Part shown: piece by piece, positions 24,436 to 37,739 of the stretch
Layout: every line of letters starts with the position of its first letter
Numbering within the stretch: position 1 is the first letter of the stretch
Assembly (NCBI RefSeq): GCF_006345805.1
Contig: NC_042998.1
Span: 34,658,001-34,722,000, forward strand
Source of the DNA: Octopus sinensis
Lineage: Eukaryota
Length of the DNA: 64,000 nt
Reading direction: 5' to 3'
The notes under the pieces: generated by a model
Seen by the model: the letters and a program-made list of their open reading frames with translations, nothing else
What the model was told of the DNA's origin: nothing
The model's database searches: none
Made by a program: the position numbers and the translations under genes

Positions 24436-25277
24436 CATACACATGCATATTTTTTTAATAATTTTTATTTTGTTTGTTTAGTACAAATTAACAGAAAAGA
24501 AATTTAACCAAAAAAAAAAACAATAAACAAACGAAATCTTAGGCAATTTTCTCCATTTTTATCTCATGGCAGCTTCTTGACAAGCTTTACCCTAAAAACT
24601 AATTGCTTGCAATAAGAATCATAAACTACAATTTCTGGCAATTTTTAATTTTTGACTAAGTATTGCATAAAAATGCATGAATCAAAAAAAAAAAAAGATA
24701 GCAGACACCTGTGGATTTTATTATTATTATTGTTTTATTTTTATTTTATTTTTTGCATGACCTGATTGTAAAACATTTTTCATGTACTTGAATTGTCGCT
24801 GTCATCCTGTTTTTGTGTACAACAACTACAACAAGTATTTTTCCTTGGCTGACAGCTTTTCGCAAGACATTATGGTTCATATTGGGAAATCATTATTTTT
24901 TTTTTTGTCTCTGCTTGAACTGTGTACATTGGGAGTCAATTGAAAGACTTGGGTTACCTTCTCTGAGTGTCTCTATTGGCCAAATCTTTCAATGAGTTTT
25001 TATCTTCTATTTCTTTCCATTATAAAGAAAATGGATCAAAACAAGATATAAAAGAAGGTGATTAAAAAAAAAAATTATTATTATTAACCAGAAAGTTAGA
25101 CACCAATCAACCTTATTAATGAAAATTGCATCATTAACTAAAGATTGATCTGGCAGGGAAGGGAGTGCTGGTTAAAAAAAAAGGTTGTAAGAAAAAAAGA
25201 ATAAAAAATACAGAAAATAAAGGAACTGCATGCTCATTTAGAATGTATGTATCACAAGATTTCATACAACTGTGGGT

Positions 25278-25630
25278 TTGCGATACTTACATCGAGATGT
25301 ATGTATTACATAATTTTACATAATGCGAAATGTATGATACATCAGGATGTATGTATTACATAATTTTACATGAATGTGAAATGTGTGATACTTACATTAG
25401 ACTATGCAAAATCACCTGATTCCACACAAATGTTTCACCTGTGATACTTACATCAGGATGTGTGTATCACATGATTTTACATAATGTGAAATGTATGATA
25501 CATTAGGATGTATGTTTTACATAATTTTACATAAAGATCATGTGAAATGTGAAATACATCAGAGTATGCTTATTACCTTGATTTCACATAACTGTGTCAT
25601 TTGTGACTCTTACATCAGGATTCATGCATC
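25278..25630. repeat. Degenerate 50-56-bp tandem repeat
   Basis: About 7 units of TGTGATACTTACATCAGGATGTATGTATTACATAATTTTACATAATGTGAAATG. Confidence 0.75.
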
Positions 25631-26589
25631 ACAGTTTCCTATTTGTGTGCTGATTACGAAGGCAACTGGTAGATCAGTTCTAAGTGAGTTTAATCGCTCG
25701 ACAGCATTTGACTGGTTTAAAAAGATGAGTGACAGTGAGTCAGTTTTCTGGTGCTAGTCCTCAATTTGTGCTGTTTTACTTTCAATGAACTGATGATAGC
25801 TAGTTAGTGTTTGCAGTCCTGAGGGCTGCAATACTACCAGAAGTGTGCAGAGACATATTGTAGAGTCTCATAACGATGTTTTCTGCCTATCTTTACTTTC
25901 CACATTGAAATATTAAAAACACTTTTTCAGATGATCTCGGAAAGTATGCTTTTTTTAATTTAGAAACTATTGCTAATGGTTAGCTTCTGATTTCTTGCTT
26001 CATCTAATACCTTACCTTAGATTCTATATCTACACTGTTCTTATCACTGAAATAAGTTATTTATTCTACATACTCACTGCACAGTATTTTATTGTATAGA
26101 AATTAAATAAAAAAAAAAGAAGAGAAAAATAATTAAAAAAAAAATCAAAGAAAAATTGAAAAAATAAAAATGTCTCCAAAATAACATTTTTAGTTATTCA
26201 AAATTTTTTGCCAAGCTTTGAAAGAGAACTAAAAAATGGTGAACTTTTGGTTTTTATCATAGATATCGTAAGAATATCTAAAACAGGAAACTTTTATCAT
26301 ATTTTGGTTTATTTTTTTCCCATCCTAATGTTATACACATGAATATATTTGTGTACATCTGTATGAACCATAAATTCACAAATATATGGGTTTTGTGAGG
26401 TTGTGTACATTTGCTCTAAAATTGTATTCGGATAACATGCTAAACTGGATTTATACACATTAGCTCTGTACCATTGTGTCATTATATATAGCAGGTATAT
26501 TTGTATATGATGTCATTTCTCAATGTGTGAACATCTCTCTCCTCTTTCTCTCCATTTCCTACACATGCTTTCACAAACTCTCCATATAT

Positions 26590-26990
26590 AAATATATGCG
26601 TGTATATACATACATGTATACATATATACATACATACACATATTTACATATATATATACATACACACATTTAGATATATATATACATACACACACGCACG
26701 CAAATGCACATACATATATATATACACACATACATACATATATGCACATGCATACATATATACACACATACATATATACACACATACATTTATACACACA
26801 CATACATATTTATACACATACATATGCAAATATACACACATACACACATATATACACATTTATACACATACATACACAAATATACACACACATACACATA
26901 CATACACATATATACGCAAATATACACACATACATATATACACATATGCAAATACACACACACACACACACACACACATATGTATACTTT
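26590..26990. repeat. (CA/TA) compound microsatellite
   Basis: Low-complexity CA/TA tract. Confidence 0.9.
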
Positions 26991-27980
26991 ATTTGTATGT
27001 TAACAAGGCTGCCATTGGTTTTATGCCAAGAGAAATTTCTCCACAATTATCAAGCCTGCCACATGGAACGTTGGTACTCATTCCATCTTAAATGATATTC
27101 TATTCCAAGATGAATGCATGTACCAATGTTACACGTGGCAAGCTCGGTAATTGTTGAGAGACTTCTCTTGGCATAAAACCAATGGTAGCCTTGTTATTCC
27201 CACAAATAAAGAATATTTATCTGTCAATGCAATACTGAGCACTCATTCTCACTGTACAATATTAGCATACATACACACACACACACACACATGTACACGC
27301 ACACACATGTACACGCACACACATGTACACGCACACACATGCATATATGTACAGAAACTTATACCTACATTCACACATAGATTCAAGCTCAAATGTCTAT
27401 TTCTTTAGCATTTGAAGCTACTCCACATTATTCTAATTCAGTTAGAAGTGACACAATCTTTATTGTAATTCATCCTTCTCTGCTCATACAGCTTTAGTTA
27501 TACCAAACAAAATCTACAAAATTACTGATTGCTTTAATTTATAGACAATAAATTTTGCAAATAAAATTTCTGAATGTGATTTTCTTCTTAAATATTTTCA
27601 AACGAATTGGTCCTAGGTGAGATGTAGTTGTTTCTATTTTGTCAATGTTTATTATAAATTATAAAGCCAAACAGAAGCTAAAACAAAAATTAAAATTTAA
27701 TTTACAATGCAAAGACACCGATTCAATTTTTACCAAATGAATATATGAATTAATTAAACTTGTGCCTAATCAAAACAAATCAATATTATTAAATATGATA
27801 AGGGCACCAGATTGACATAAATAGAAAACTATTGGACAAATACGTCTTTTTATGTTCTGATTCAAAATTCTGTCAAGGTCGTTTATTTTTCATCCTTAAA
27901 ATGATGTAATAGTCACATGATGGATTGATGGAATGGATTATAGTCTTCCTGCTCTCAATTTTTGAAATCATTATTATGTA

Positions 27981-28190
27981 AAGGTGGCGAGCTGGCAGAA
28001 TCACTAGCACGTTGGATGAAATGCTTAGCAGTATTTCACCAGTCGCAACATTCTGAGTTCAAATTCCACCGAGGTTGACTTTGCCAGTCATTCTTTTGGG
28101 GCCAATAAATTAAGTGCCAGCAAAAATGCTGGGGTCAATGTAATTGACTAGTCCCCTCCCCGGGGCCTTGTGTCTTTAGAAGAAAGAATT
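27981..28190 (+). mobile_element. SINE family B
   Basis: Consensus match; a decayed copy precedes it at about 27800-27960. Confidence 0.75.
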
Positions 28191-28963
28191 TTTATGTAAT
28201 ATAATTGGCTGTAGTAAGGGGTTTTAACTTTAGTGAACCAATTCTGTAATACATTTTAATTGTATTAAATTCTTAAAGCATTCAAGAAAGAAATCTGCTT
28301 CAGTGAATCCTAATTATTTTTTTCCATTCTAAATTTAATTGTGAATATATGCACAAACATATTCACATATACACACACATGTACATATATGCAAATATAC
28401 ATAAATATGTGTATGTGTGTGTGTGTATGTATATATATATATGCTTATGCATGTATGTGTGTATATACATACATATATGAGTGTGTGTCTATGCAGACAC
28501 ACTCACATACACAATTCCATACGTCTGTATATATGTATGTGCATGTAAGTGCTTTACTATCCTCAAATAGAAAATATTAACAAAATCTCTTATCAGTTTC
28601 ATATTAAAATTTAGAAAAGGATTAGATATTTTGCAGCTACATTTACTGACTGAATTTTCAAAACATGCATTTATATATATATATATATATAATAATTATT
28701 TGAGGGAATATTAATCCAAACTTACAGGGAAAAAAATTCAATTTAGAAAAAATTGTCTCTATTTGAACCATTTCTTATTTTGATTACAAATTTGATGACT
28801 TGTACTAGCACTGTGTATATTAATTAACTTTAAAGCATTTAATAATTTAAGTATTGTTTTAGTTTTCACTTAATGTGTGTATATATATATATACATATAT
28901 ATATATATACACATATATGTACACATATATATACACATATATATACATATATATATACATATG

Positions 28964-28996
<33 letters not shown>

Positions 28997-29329
28997 CATA
29001 TATGTATGAATTTCTATAATCATAATTATCTGTTAGATAGAGTAAACAGAATAATGAACATATTTAATTGAAGAGGGTTTAAGATGCTCCACCTGAGTAA
29101 GGTGTTCAGGTGATGTTCTGATTGAATGTTCAAATGTAAATCAGGGAACTAATTAAAAGGGGGTCACATTGCATTTAGAAAGGTGGATAAATAAGGAACT
29201 GGGCACATATATTGCATAATTAACATTCAAACATCAACCGAGTTGAAGTATTGTATACATATATAAAATTACACATATACACACACACACACACTCATAT
29301 ATATATATATATATATTATAAAAGAACTA

Positions 29330-29690
29330 TGTTTTTCTTCTTCCTTCAATTTTGTTTCTATTTCTTGCCGAGTGTCTTCCCAACACCTGGGGCAAAGAAA
29401 CTCACTATATTGATAGGCCATTGAAATAAACACCCCAGATTGTTCATTTACAAAATCAAATAAAGTTATGTAGAAAAAAATCTATTTACATGGACTGTAA
29501 TCATTCTTAAAGTGACAATATCATTATTATTGTCGTTATTATTTTCCTTCTTTCAATTTTGTTTCTATTTCTTGCTGAGTGTCTTCCCGACTCCTAGGGC
29601 AAAAAGATATTCCCTGTATATTATGGTAGGCCATTAATATAAACACACCAGATTGTTCATATAAAAATTTATGTGATAGAAAAACAAGGA
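29330..29690. repeat. Diverged direct duplication with a period of about 215 bp
   Basis: CAATTTTGTTTCTATTTCTTGC(C/T)GAGTGTCTTCCC...CCAGATTGTTCAT occurs twice. Confidence 0.7.
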
Positions 29691-29729
29691 AAAGATTTAT
29701 TATTATTATTATTATTATTTATTATTATT

Positions 29730-29945
29730 AAGGTGGTGAGTTAGCAGAATCATTAACACACCCGGTGAAATGCTTAGCAGTATTTCGTATGTCTTCATGT
29801 TCTGAGTTCAAATTCTGCCAAGGTCAACTTTGCCTTTCATCCTTTCAGGGTTGCTAAAATAAGTACCAGTTGAGTACTGGGGTCAATGTAATCAACTATA
29901 CCCCCTTCCCCAAAGTTCCTGGCCATGTGTCAAAATTTGAAATCA
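29730..29945 (+). mobile_element. SINE family B
   Basis: Consensus match after (TTA)n. Confidence 0.8.
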
Positions 29946-32389
29946 TTATTATTGTTGTTGTTAATGATGATAATAATAGTGTATGTGTACATATGAATAT
30001 AAATTATATATATATACATATATGTACATATGTATGTATGTGTAGACATGTACATACTTGTATATATTTTATATGTATGTATATTTGCACAGATATGTAT
30101 AATTTATAATATATAAGTGTGTGTGCATGTATATATATATATATATCTGTGCATATGTAGATATATATGCATATGTATATATATATATATATGTGTGTGC
30201 ATACATTTATATATGTGCATTATCGATATTGAATGTTTTAAAACAAGTGTTTGTATGCATATATACATATTTATGTGTGTGCTTTAGAAGACTGACTTAT
30301 ATATGTATAATTATTCATGTTGTTATCTACAGAGAGACCATTGTTTGCAAACATGGATAGTGTTATAAACTTCCATTGTTATCAAATTTTTATAATTTCT
30401 GGTGATTTTATTTAAAAATGAATTTAAAATCAAGTGCAAATTCAAAACAAAGCTCCGGATGTTGTAACAAATATTTTCCAGTAAATTAGTAAACAACCCC
30501 TATGAACAATATAAAGTTGAAAGGAAACATATGCTAACCCCAGAGTCATGTTATGTGAATGACGAAGTTGATTGTGGTAGAGCTGCGTGTTGAAAAAATT
30601 GTAAGTTGCTACAGCAAATGGAGAGACTAGTGTGTTAAGTCAGTTTATGTGGATTATCTCTGTGCAGATGTGTGTGTGTGTGTGTACATGCACATGTGTG
30701 CATGTGTGTATACACTAACATAAACACATGCATATTCATATACATACATATATATATCTTTATATATATACATATATATATATCTTTATATATACATATA
30801 TAAACACACACACACATATATATACACATACACACATATGCATGCACAGACATTTACACATTCACAGAGAGGAAATGTATTATTGTAATTATGGATAATG
30901 TTATCAAATGATTATTTTCATCACAATTAGTAAGTCACAAACTCTATTTAAAATGAATCAAAATTTTATGCCTATTAGAATCAAAAGTTCAAATATTGTA
31001 ATATCTTCTGCTTTTTGTTATCATATGAGCCAATTAATTCTTACTAAAAAGGCTCATCCCAAAAGTAACTTCTACTGTATTATAGCTTGTACATACAAAT
31101 AAGTATGTACATAACTATCAATGATTGGTTGTAGATATATATATATATATATAAGTGTGTGTGTCTGTTTGAAAACATGCATGTGTATTTATACACACAT
31201 ACATACATATATAAATATATACTTCAATGAAAATTGAGTCAAAATTCTGTGACCTTAAGTTTCATATTGGCAGAATAAGTATTTTATTAAAAATTGGTCA
31301 GATTTGTTTTGACTGATGATACCTTGCCAACATGGTTAATGAGGCTACGAAATGAATAGAATGAAGTCCCAAAGCTTTGAGTCAAATTTCGGTAAAGAAT
31401 ATATATTCTAACTTCCTGTTTCAAGTACACCTTCTCTTGATTTGTTATTAACACACACACACACACATGAATACATATATAAAGTTGTTAATATTCTATG
31501 CATATACCGGTCATGTCTGTACAAAAGCATTTGTATACATAATCTCCAAACATGGATCAGTTGTTAACATTGTCATAACAATCTCATCAACCTAAAGCAA
31601 GAATTTGAACATTATCTAAACAGACATATTTCCTTTGTATAATTATTCATTCTGTAGAATTTTTTTTTTTTTTTTGAGAAGAATACATGTAAACCAAAAA
31701 TAAAAATAAATGCAAGAAATATCTACAAAAATTACTTATATAGCATGTGAAATCAATGGAGACAATTTATTGCTTACAACAGACCCATTCGTAAACATTT
31801 TTTGCTTTTGGATCTTGCCATTTCTTTTTTTTTTTTGCTATTCTCTGGACATTGTATATGAAAATCATTAGAAATTAATCAAAAAGGAAAATAAAAAAAG
31901 AAAAAAAAACAGAAAATCAAATCTCAGTTTTGTTATGATGGTTAACAGGACCATGGATTCAGTAGTGTGGTAGAAAAAGAGCATAACTTACCTTTTATGG
32001 TGAGTTATTTCAGGGTTTATCTCGAGTTGCAAAAAACACGTTGCTCAAACAATGGAGGTAAATGACACTAAAAAAAAGGAAAAAAACAACAAAATAAATC
32101 AAAAACAAATTAAATTAATGGAAAAGTCATTGATTTGTTGATATGTTACTAAAAAAACTATTTTAAATTCAAAGTCACTTAATTCTATGTTTTACTTCAG
32201 GCATTAACAAAGCAGGATATAACTTGTCATTCTAATGACCTGAGTAGCTCAGTTATGTCTTGACTGAGCTACTCAAATCATGACGTAAAAGAACGACAGA
32301 GAAATACCTAGAAATACCTGCTGTAAGAAAACTTAATACTAAAGAGAATGGTACCATATTTGATGTGGTACCACAATATCGACCACATC

Positions 32390-32720
32390 ATCTGATGCTG
32401 TTATACACCAATGATCATTATTCACTTTCAGTTCTCACTTGATTGTGCCATTCTTTGCCGCCTTCACCCAAATTATTTGACTAAATCATTTTCCCATTGT
32501 TGTGGAGGCTTTCCAAGTGACCTCCAATCTTGACAAACTGCACAGGTCCACCTGTTGTCTCTGAGCCTTGTGACAAGTCGGCCCCAGTGGAACATGTGCA
32601 TATATGGTACTCTGTGATCACATCATTCACTCTGGTTGGTTCTCAAATTATCTCATTCCAAATATGCTCTCATAATGGCATTCCTTGCATGGATCATTCC
32701 ATGGTCCTTTGTGCCATAGC
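32390..32720 (-). mobile_element. Old RTE LINE C-terminal fragment
   Basis: FHWGRLVTRLRDNRWTCAVCQDWRSLGKPPQQWENDL resembles the RTE C-terminal W.GHV.R...RW...GRP..RW.D pattern. Confidence 0.6.
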
Positions 32721-33857
32721 CAATCAATGTTCTATTGCCATTAATATAATAATGAAATGATTGTATACAGTGCTCAGGTGCCACACAACTTGTCAAAAGT
32801 GCATATAAAGCATATGCAGTAATGTACAAATGTCTGGAAAGTGAACAGTGTATGGGTCAGATACATGCTTGCGTATGTATGGAGGGGAGAAACTCAGGTG
32901 TAGTGTTGGCAAATCTCAGGAAACATGGAAGTTTTGAAGGATGCAGTGCTTTGGAAGCCTACGCATCACTTGTGAATAAGAACACAGATGGAACAGTACT
33001 GTTGAAGAATCTCGCATGTATGGTATTATCTAGCTTTGTTTTAAGCAAATTCTTTATTGTAATAAACCAAGAAAATTTGATTAATTAAAGGTAATATTAA
33101 TCAAAATTTTTTTGGCTTATTGCATAAAATCATAGGGTTTTGAAGCACAAAATCATAGGGTTTTGAAATGTGATGCTTAAAAAGTACCATTGTAATTTTG
33201 CTGTGGAAAAAGACATCATGGCTTGCTAAAATGGTAAGCAATGCCAACACCAAGCTGTGGTGACATATTGTGGTTTCAATGCCACTCAGGTTTTAACAAT
33301 TTCTTGCTTCTGTTGCTACTAATTCTTACAAGATGGTAACTAATGCCCACAAATTAAAAATATCAATTAAAGTATACATACATAAATACACACACAAACA
33401 CACACACACACCTGTGTGTACAATGTGTGTGTGTATCTATGTCCCTATATATGCACACATATGGATTATACAATTTAATAACACTTTCTTTTGGTTCTAT
33501 GCAACCTAATGTTTCATAAGCTTCTCATAAAAACCATGCTCGTTAGCGAGCTTCATGACAAGCCAAGAAAAATAAAGTCACATAGCACCAAACCGAATTG
33601 CTGTTCATTAAGAATATATGGAAAGCATACTAAACATGTTCAGTGCCTCTTTCCTTTTGATTGTCCTCTCATGTGTGTGTGTGAGTACACCTGGGTCAGC
33701 ATATGTGAAACAAGCTGAGAAAAAGTAGCTAATCAAACATTGGAGGTAGAGTAATAGGATTTATTAAAAAGCAGCAAAAATATTACAAAAACAGCAGAAA
33801 AAACTGCAGTTTTATGTTTCATTTTTGTGATGATTTGGCAGATTTAGTAATAAAGTA

Positions 33858-33892
<35 letters not shown>

Positions 33893-33968
33893 ATGATAAT
33901 TTTAGGGAGTAAATCCAAACTTACAGGGAAAAATTAGATTTAGGATTAAATCTAATTTTATAGTATAA

Positions 33969-34277
33969 ATATATATATTAAATTAGAGATAAAACCACTA
34001 TTAGGCAAATCAAACAGTGAAAATCATAAACCAATACATAGAAATAAAATTAATAAAAAATATAAAATATAAAATTATTTAAATTTAAAGTTAAAATTTA
34101 AAAAATTATTTAAATTAATAATTTATACTTATAAATTGATATATATAATATATATATATATATATTTTATTATTATTATTTTTTTTTTTTCAAATATATA
34201 TATATAACTATCAAAAAGTATTAAAAGTTTAATATACTTTTTGATAGTTATATATATTTAAAAAAAAAAAAAATAAT

Positions 34278-34317
<40 letters not shown>

Positions 34318-34480
34318 TAGAAGTATGAATTATTAATTTAAATAATTTTTAAAATTTTAACTTTAAATAATTTTATATTTTATATATTTTTTATTAATTA
34401 ATTTTATTTCTATGTATTGGTTTATGATTTTCACTAATTTGCCTAATAGTGGTTTTATCTCTAATTTAATATATATATAT
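33969..34480. repeat. AT-rich palindrome of about 510 bp
   Basis: Arms centred on 34226-34227, e.g. AAATTAGAGATAAAACCACTATTAGGCAAAT / ATTTGCCTAATAGTGGTTTTATCTCTAATTT. Confidence 0.85.
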
Positions 34481-34481
34481 A

Positions 34482-34878
34482 CTAGCAGTATCGCCCGGCG
34501 TTGCTCGGGTTTGTAAAGGAAATAACTACATAAGCATTTTTAGAGATGTAAAGTATAATAGCCACTTCAATATGGCTAACCACAAAGAGGGGGGTGTTAC
34601 TGTAGCTTTTTAGGTTCTGAGATTTAATAATAAATTTTTAGAGAGTTACTTCCCTTATATATGCCAAAAATGCATTAAAAATGGGAAAAATTGATGGTAA
34701 ATTTTTTTTTAAATCGTAGACTCATCGTAGATGCACGCTAATATCCAGAAGGGCTCGATATGAATCCCGACTATAAGATACCAGGTTTTGGTTAAACTGC
34801 ACCGCAAAATGTGGGAGTAGTTAGGAATCTAAATCGTAGGAGACAGACAGCACACAACCTCACTTTTATATATAAAGA
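34482..34878 (-). mobile_element. Non-autonomous Helitron
   Basis: Minus strand A|TC TTTATATATAAAAG ... hairpin CCCGAGCAACGCCGGG ... CTAG|T: canonical TC and CTAG ends, inserted at AT with no TSD. Confidence 0.8.
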
Positions 34879-34974
34879 TATGCGTGAGTGTGTGTGTATA
34901 CGTACATACATATGCATGTTTGTAAGCATTTCTGTGTTTGTGTTTCCTATGCCTATGTGAGTGAACATCTAGAA

Positions 34975-35062
34975 AGATAATATATGGATGTATAGATAAT
35001 ATATGGATGTATATATAATATATGCATAATATATATATACATATAAATATATATAATACATC

Positions 35063-35112
<50 letters not shown>

Positions 35113-35300
35113 GATGTATTATATATATATATAGATAGATAGATAGATGTATTATATATATATATATATAAATATATATAATACATCTATCTCTATCTAT
35201 ACACACACATATATATATATTTTATAAATATATAGATAGATGTTATTTATTAATTTATATATATATGATAGATAGATGTATTATATATATAATACATCTC

Positions 35301-35358
<58 letters not shown>

Positions 35359-35429
35359 ATTACATCTATCTATCTATCTATATATATATAATACATCTAT
35401 CTATATCTATATATATATATAATACATCA

Positions 35430-35460
<31 letters not shown>

Positions 35461-36045
35461 ATACATCTATATCTATCTATATATATATATATATATATAT
35501 AAACATCTATCTATATCTATCTATCTATCTATATATATATATATCTATATATATATATATATATATAATACATCTATCTATTCTATCTATCTATCTATCT
35601 ATATATATATATATATATATAATACATCTATCTATATCTTATCTATATATATATTACTAATCTATCTATATCTATCTTCTATATATAATATATATAATAC
35701 ATCTATCTATATCTATCTATCTATATATATATATATAATACATCTATCTATATCTATCTATCTATATATATATATATATCTATATATATATATATATAAT
35801 ACATCTATCTATCTATCTATCTATCTATATATTATATATATATATAATACATCTATCTATCTATCTATCTATATATTATATATATTATAATATAATATAT
35901 ATACTAATACATCTATCTATCTATCTATTCTATCTATCTATCTATATATATATATATATTATAATATATAATATATATTATAATACATCTATCTATCTAT
36001 CTATATCTATATATATATATATATATATAATACATATATATAAAT
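34975..36045. repeat. Compound (TA)n/(CTAT)n minisatellite with AATACATC anchors
   Basis: Repeated TAATACATCTATCTAT units. Confidence 0.9.
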
Positions 36046-36052
36046 AAGAATA

Positions 36053-36300
36053 AGATAGCCAGGGCAAAGTTTAGAAAGCTTCTTCCTCTACTGGTGACAA
36101 AGGGTCTCTCGCTCAGAGTGAAAGGTAGAATGTACAACGCATGTGTGTGAACTGCCATACTTCACGACAGTGAAACATGAGCCATGACTGTGGAGGATGT
36201 GCCTAGGCTCGAAAGAAATGAAGCTAGCATGATCCACTTGATGTGTAATGGTCAGTGTGCACACGTGACAGAGTGTATAATAGGTAATATAATACATATA
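36053..36300 (+). mobile_element. RTE RT C-terminal fragment (copy 1)
   Basis: KFRKLLPLLVTKGLSLRVKGRMYNACV*TAILHDSET*AMTVEDVPRLERNEASMI. Confidence 0.8.
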
Positions 36301-36349
36301 TAAATATGTATAATATATAGATATACATATATAATATGTATATATATGT

Positions 36350-36590
36350 ATCATCATCATCATCGTTTAGCGTCCGCTTTCCATGCTAGCATGGGTTGGA
36401 TGGTTCATCTGGGGTCTGGGAAGCCAGAAGGCTGCACCAGGCCCAGTCTGATCTGGCAATGTTTCTACGGCTGGATGCCCTTCCTAACACCAACCACTCT
36501 GTGAGTGTAGTGGGTGCTTTTTACGTGCCACCGGCACAGGTGCCAGACGAGGCTGGCAAACGGCCACGATCGGATGGTGCTTTTTACATA
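36350..36590 (-). mobile_element. Family C RTE 3'-end copy
   Basis: Same consensus; sits between the inverted RTE RT fragments. Confidence 0.8.
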
Positions 36591-36599
36591 TTATACGTA

Positions 36600-36807
36600 T
36601 TTATATATGTATTATATTACCTATTATACACTCTGTCACGTGTGCACACTGACTATTTCACATCAAGTGGATCATGCTAGCTTCATTTCTTTCGAGCCTA
36701 CGCACGTCCTCCACAGTCATGGCCCATGTTTCACTGCCGTGAAGTATGGCAGTTCACACACATGCGTCGTACATTCTACCTTTCACTCTGAGCGAGAGAC
36801 CCTTTGT
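36600..36807 (-). mobile_element. RTE RT C-terminal fragment (inverted copy 2)
   Basis: Reverse complement nearly identical to 36101-36300, including the same premature TGA and the same AT-rich tail. Confidence 0.8.
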
Positions 36808-36967
36808 ATATATGTATATATATGTACGTATATATAATTATATATAATATATAGATATATATAATATGTATATATATGTATATTTTTAAATGTAATATAT
36901 ATATATATATATATACGTTTAATATTTGTTGTGCAAGATTTTTTATGTGAAGTCGTGTGTTGAACAG

Positions 36968-37395
36968 ATATTGTTATATTTCGGAATGGTCATATTGTCA
37001 GTTTGGCCAATAAAAAACACGCACTATATATTTGGTGTTATTTTGCTTCAGTGATATTTATTTTTTACATAATCTTAATCTTATTTCGGGCCAAAGTTCT
37101 TTCGTCACACTCCTGTGACCGCATCAGTGGTCCTTTGTTTTCTTCTTCACTTATTGTGTCTCTCCTTACTAACCGTCAGCCATTTTGTATGGCTGACGGT
37201 TAGTAAGGAGAGACACAAATAAGTGAGAAGAAAGCAAAGGACCACTGATGCGGTCACAGAGTGTGACAAAAGAACTTGGCCGAAATAAGATTAAGATTAA
37301 TGTAAAAAATAAATATCACTGAAGCAAAATAACACCAAATATATAGTGCGTGTGTTTTTATTGGCTAAACTGACAATATGACCATTCCGAACTAT

Positions 37396-37403
<8 letters not shown>
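36968..37403. repeat. Near-perfect palindrome of about 435 bp
   Basis: Arms of about 215 bp around the 5-nt loop TTTGT (37184-37188); differences are mostly 1-bp indels. Confidence 0.9.
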
Positions 37404-37463
<60 letters not shown>

Positions 37464-37739
37464 TAATAGGTAAGATAATACATAAATATATATAATACAT
37501 AGATATACATATATAATGCGTATATATAATATATAATATAATAGGTAATACTTAAATATATATAATACATAGATATACATATATAATGCGTATATATATA
37601 ATAGGTAATATAATGCATAAATATATATAAAAGATAGATATACATATATAATGCGTATATATATATAATATAAAATACATATATATATATATATCATATA
37701 TACAATACGTATATATATATATATATACAATATATTGCT

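Noticed and set aside
24100-25630. Repeat arrays as possible CRISPR
   Set aside because: Eukaryotic context, no unique spacers of constant length, no cas genes.
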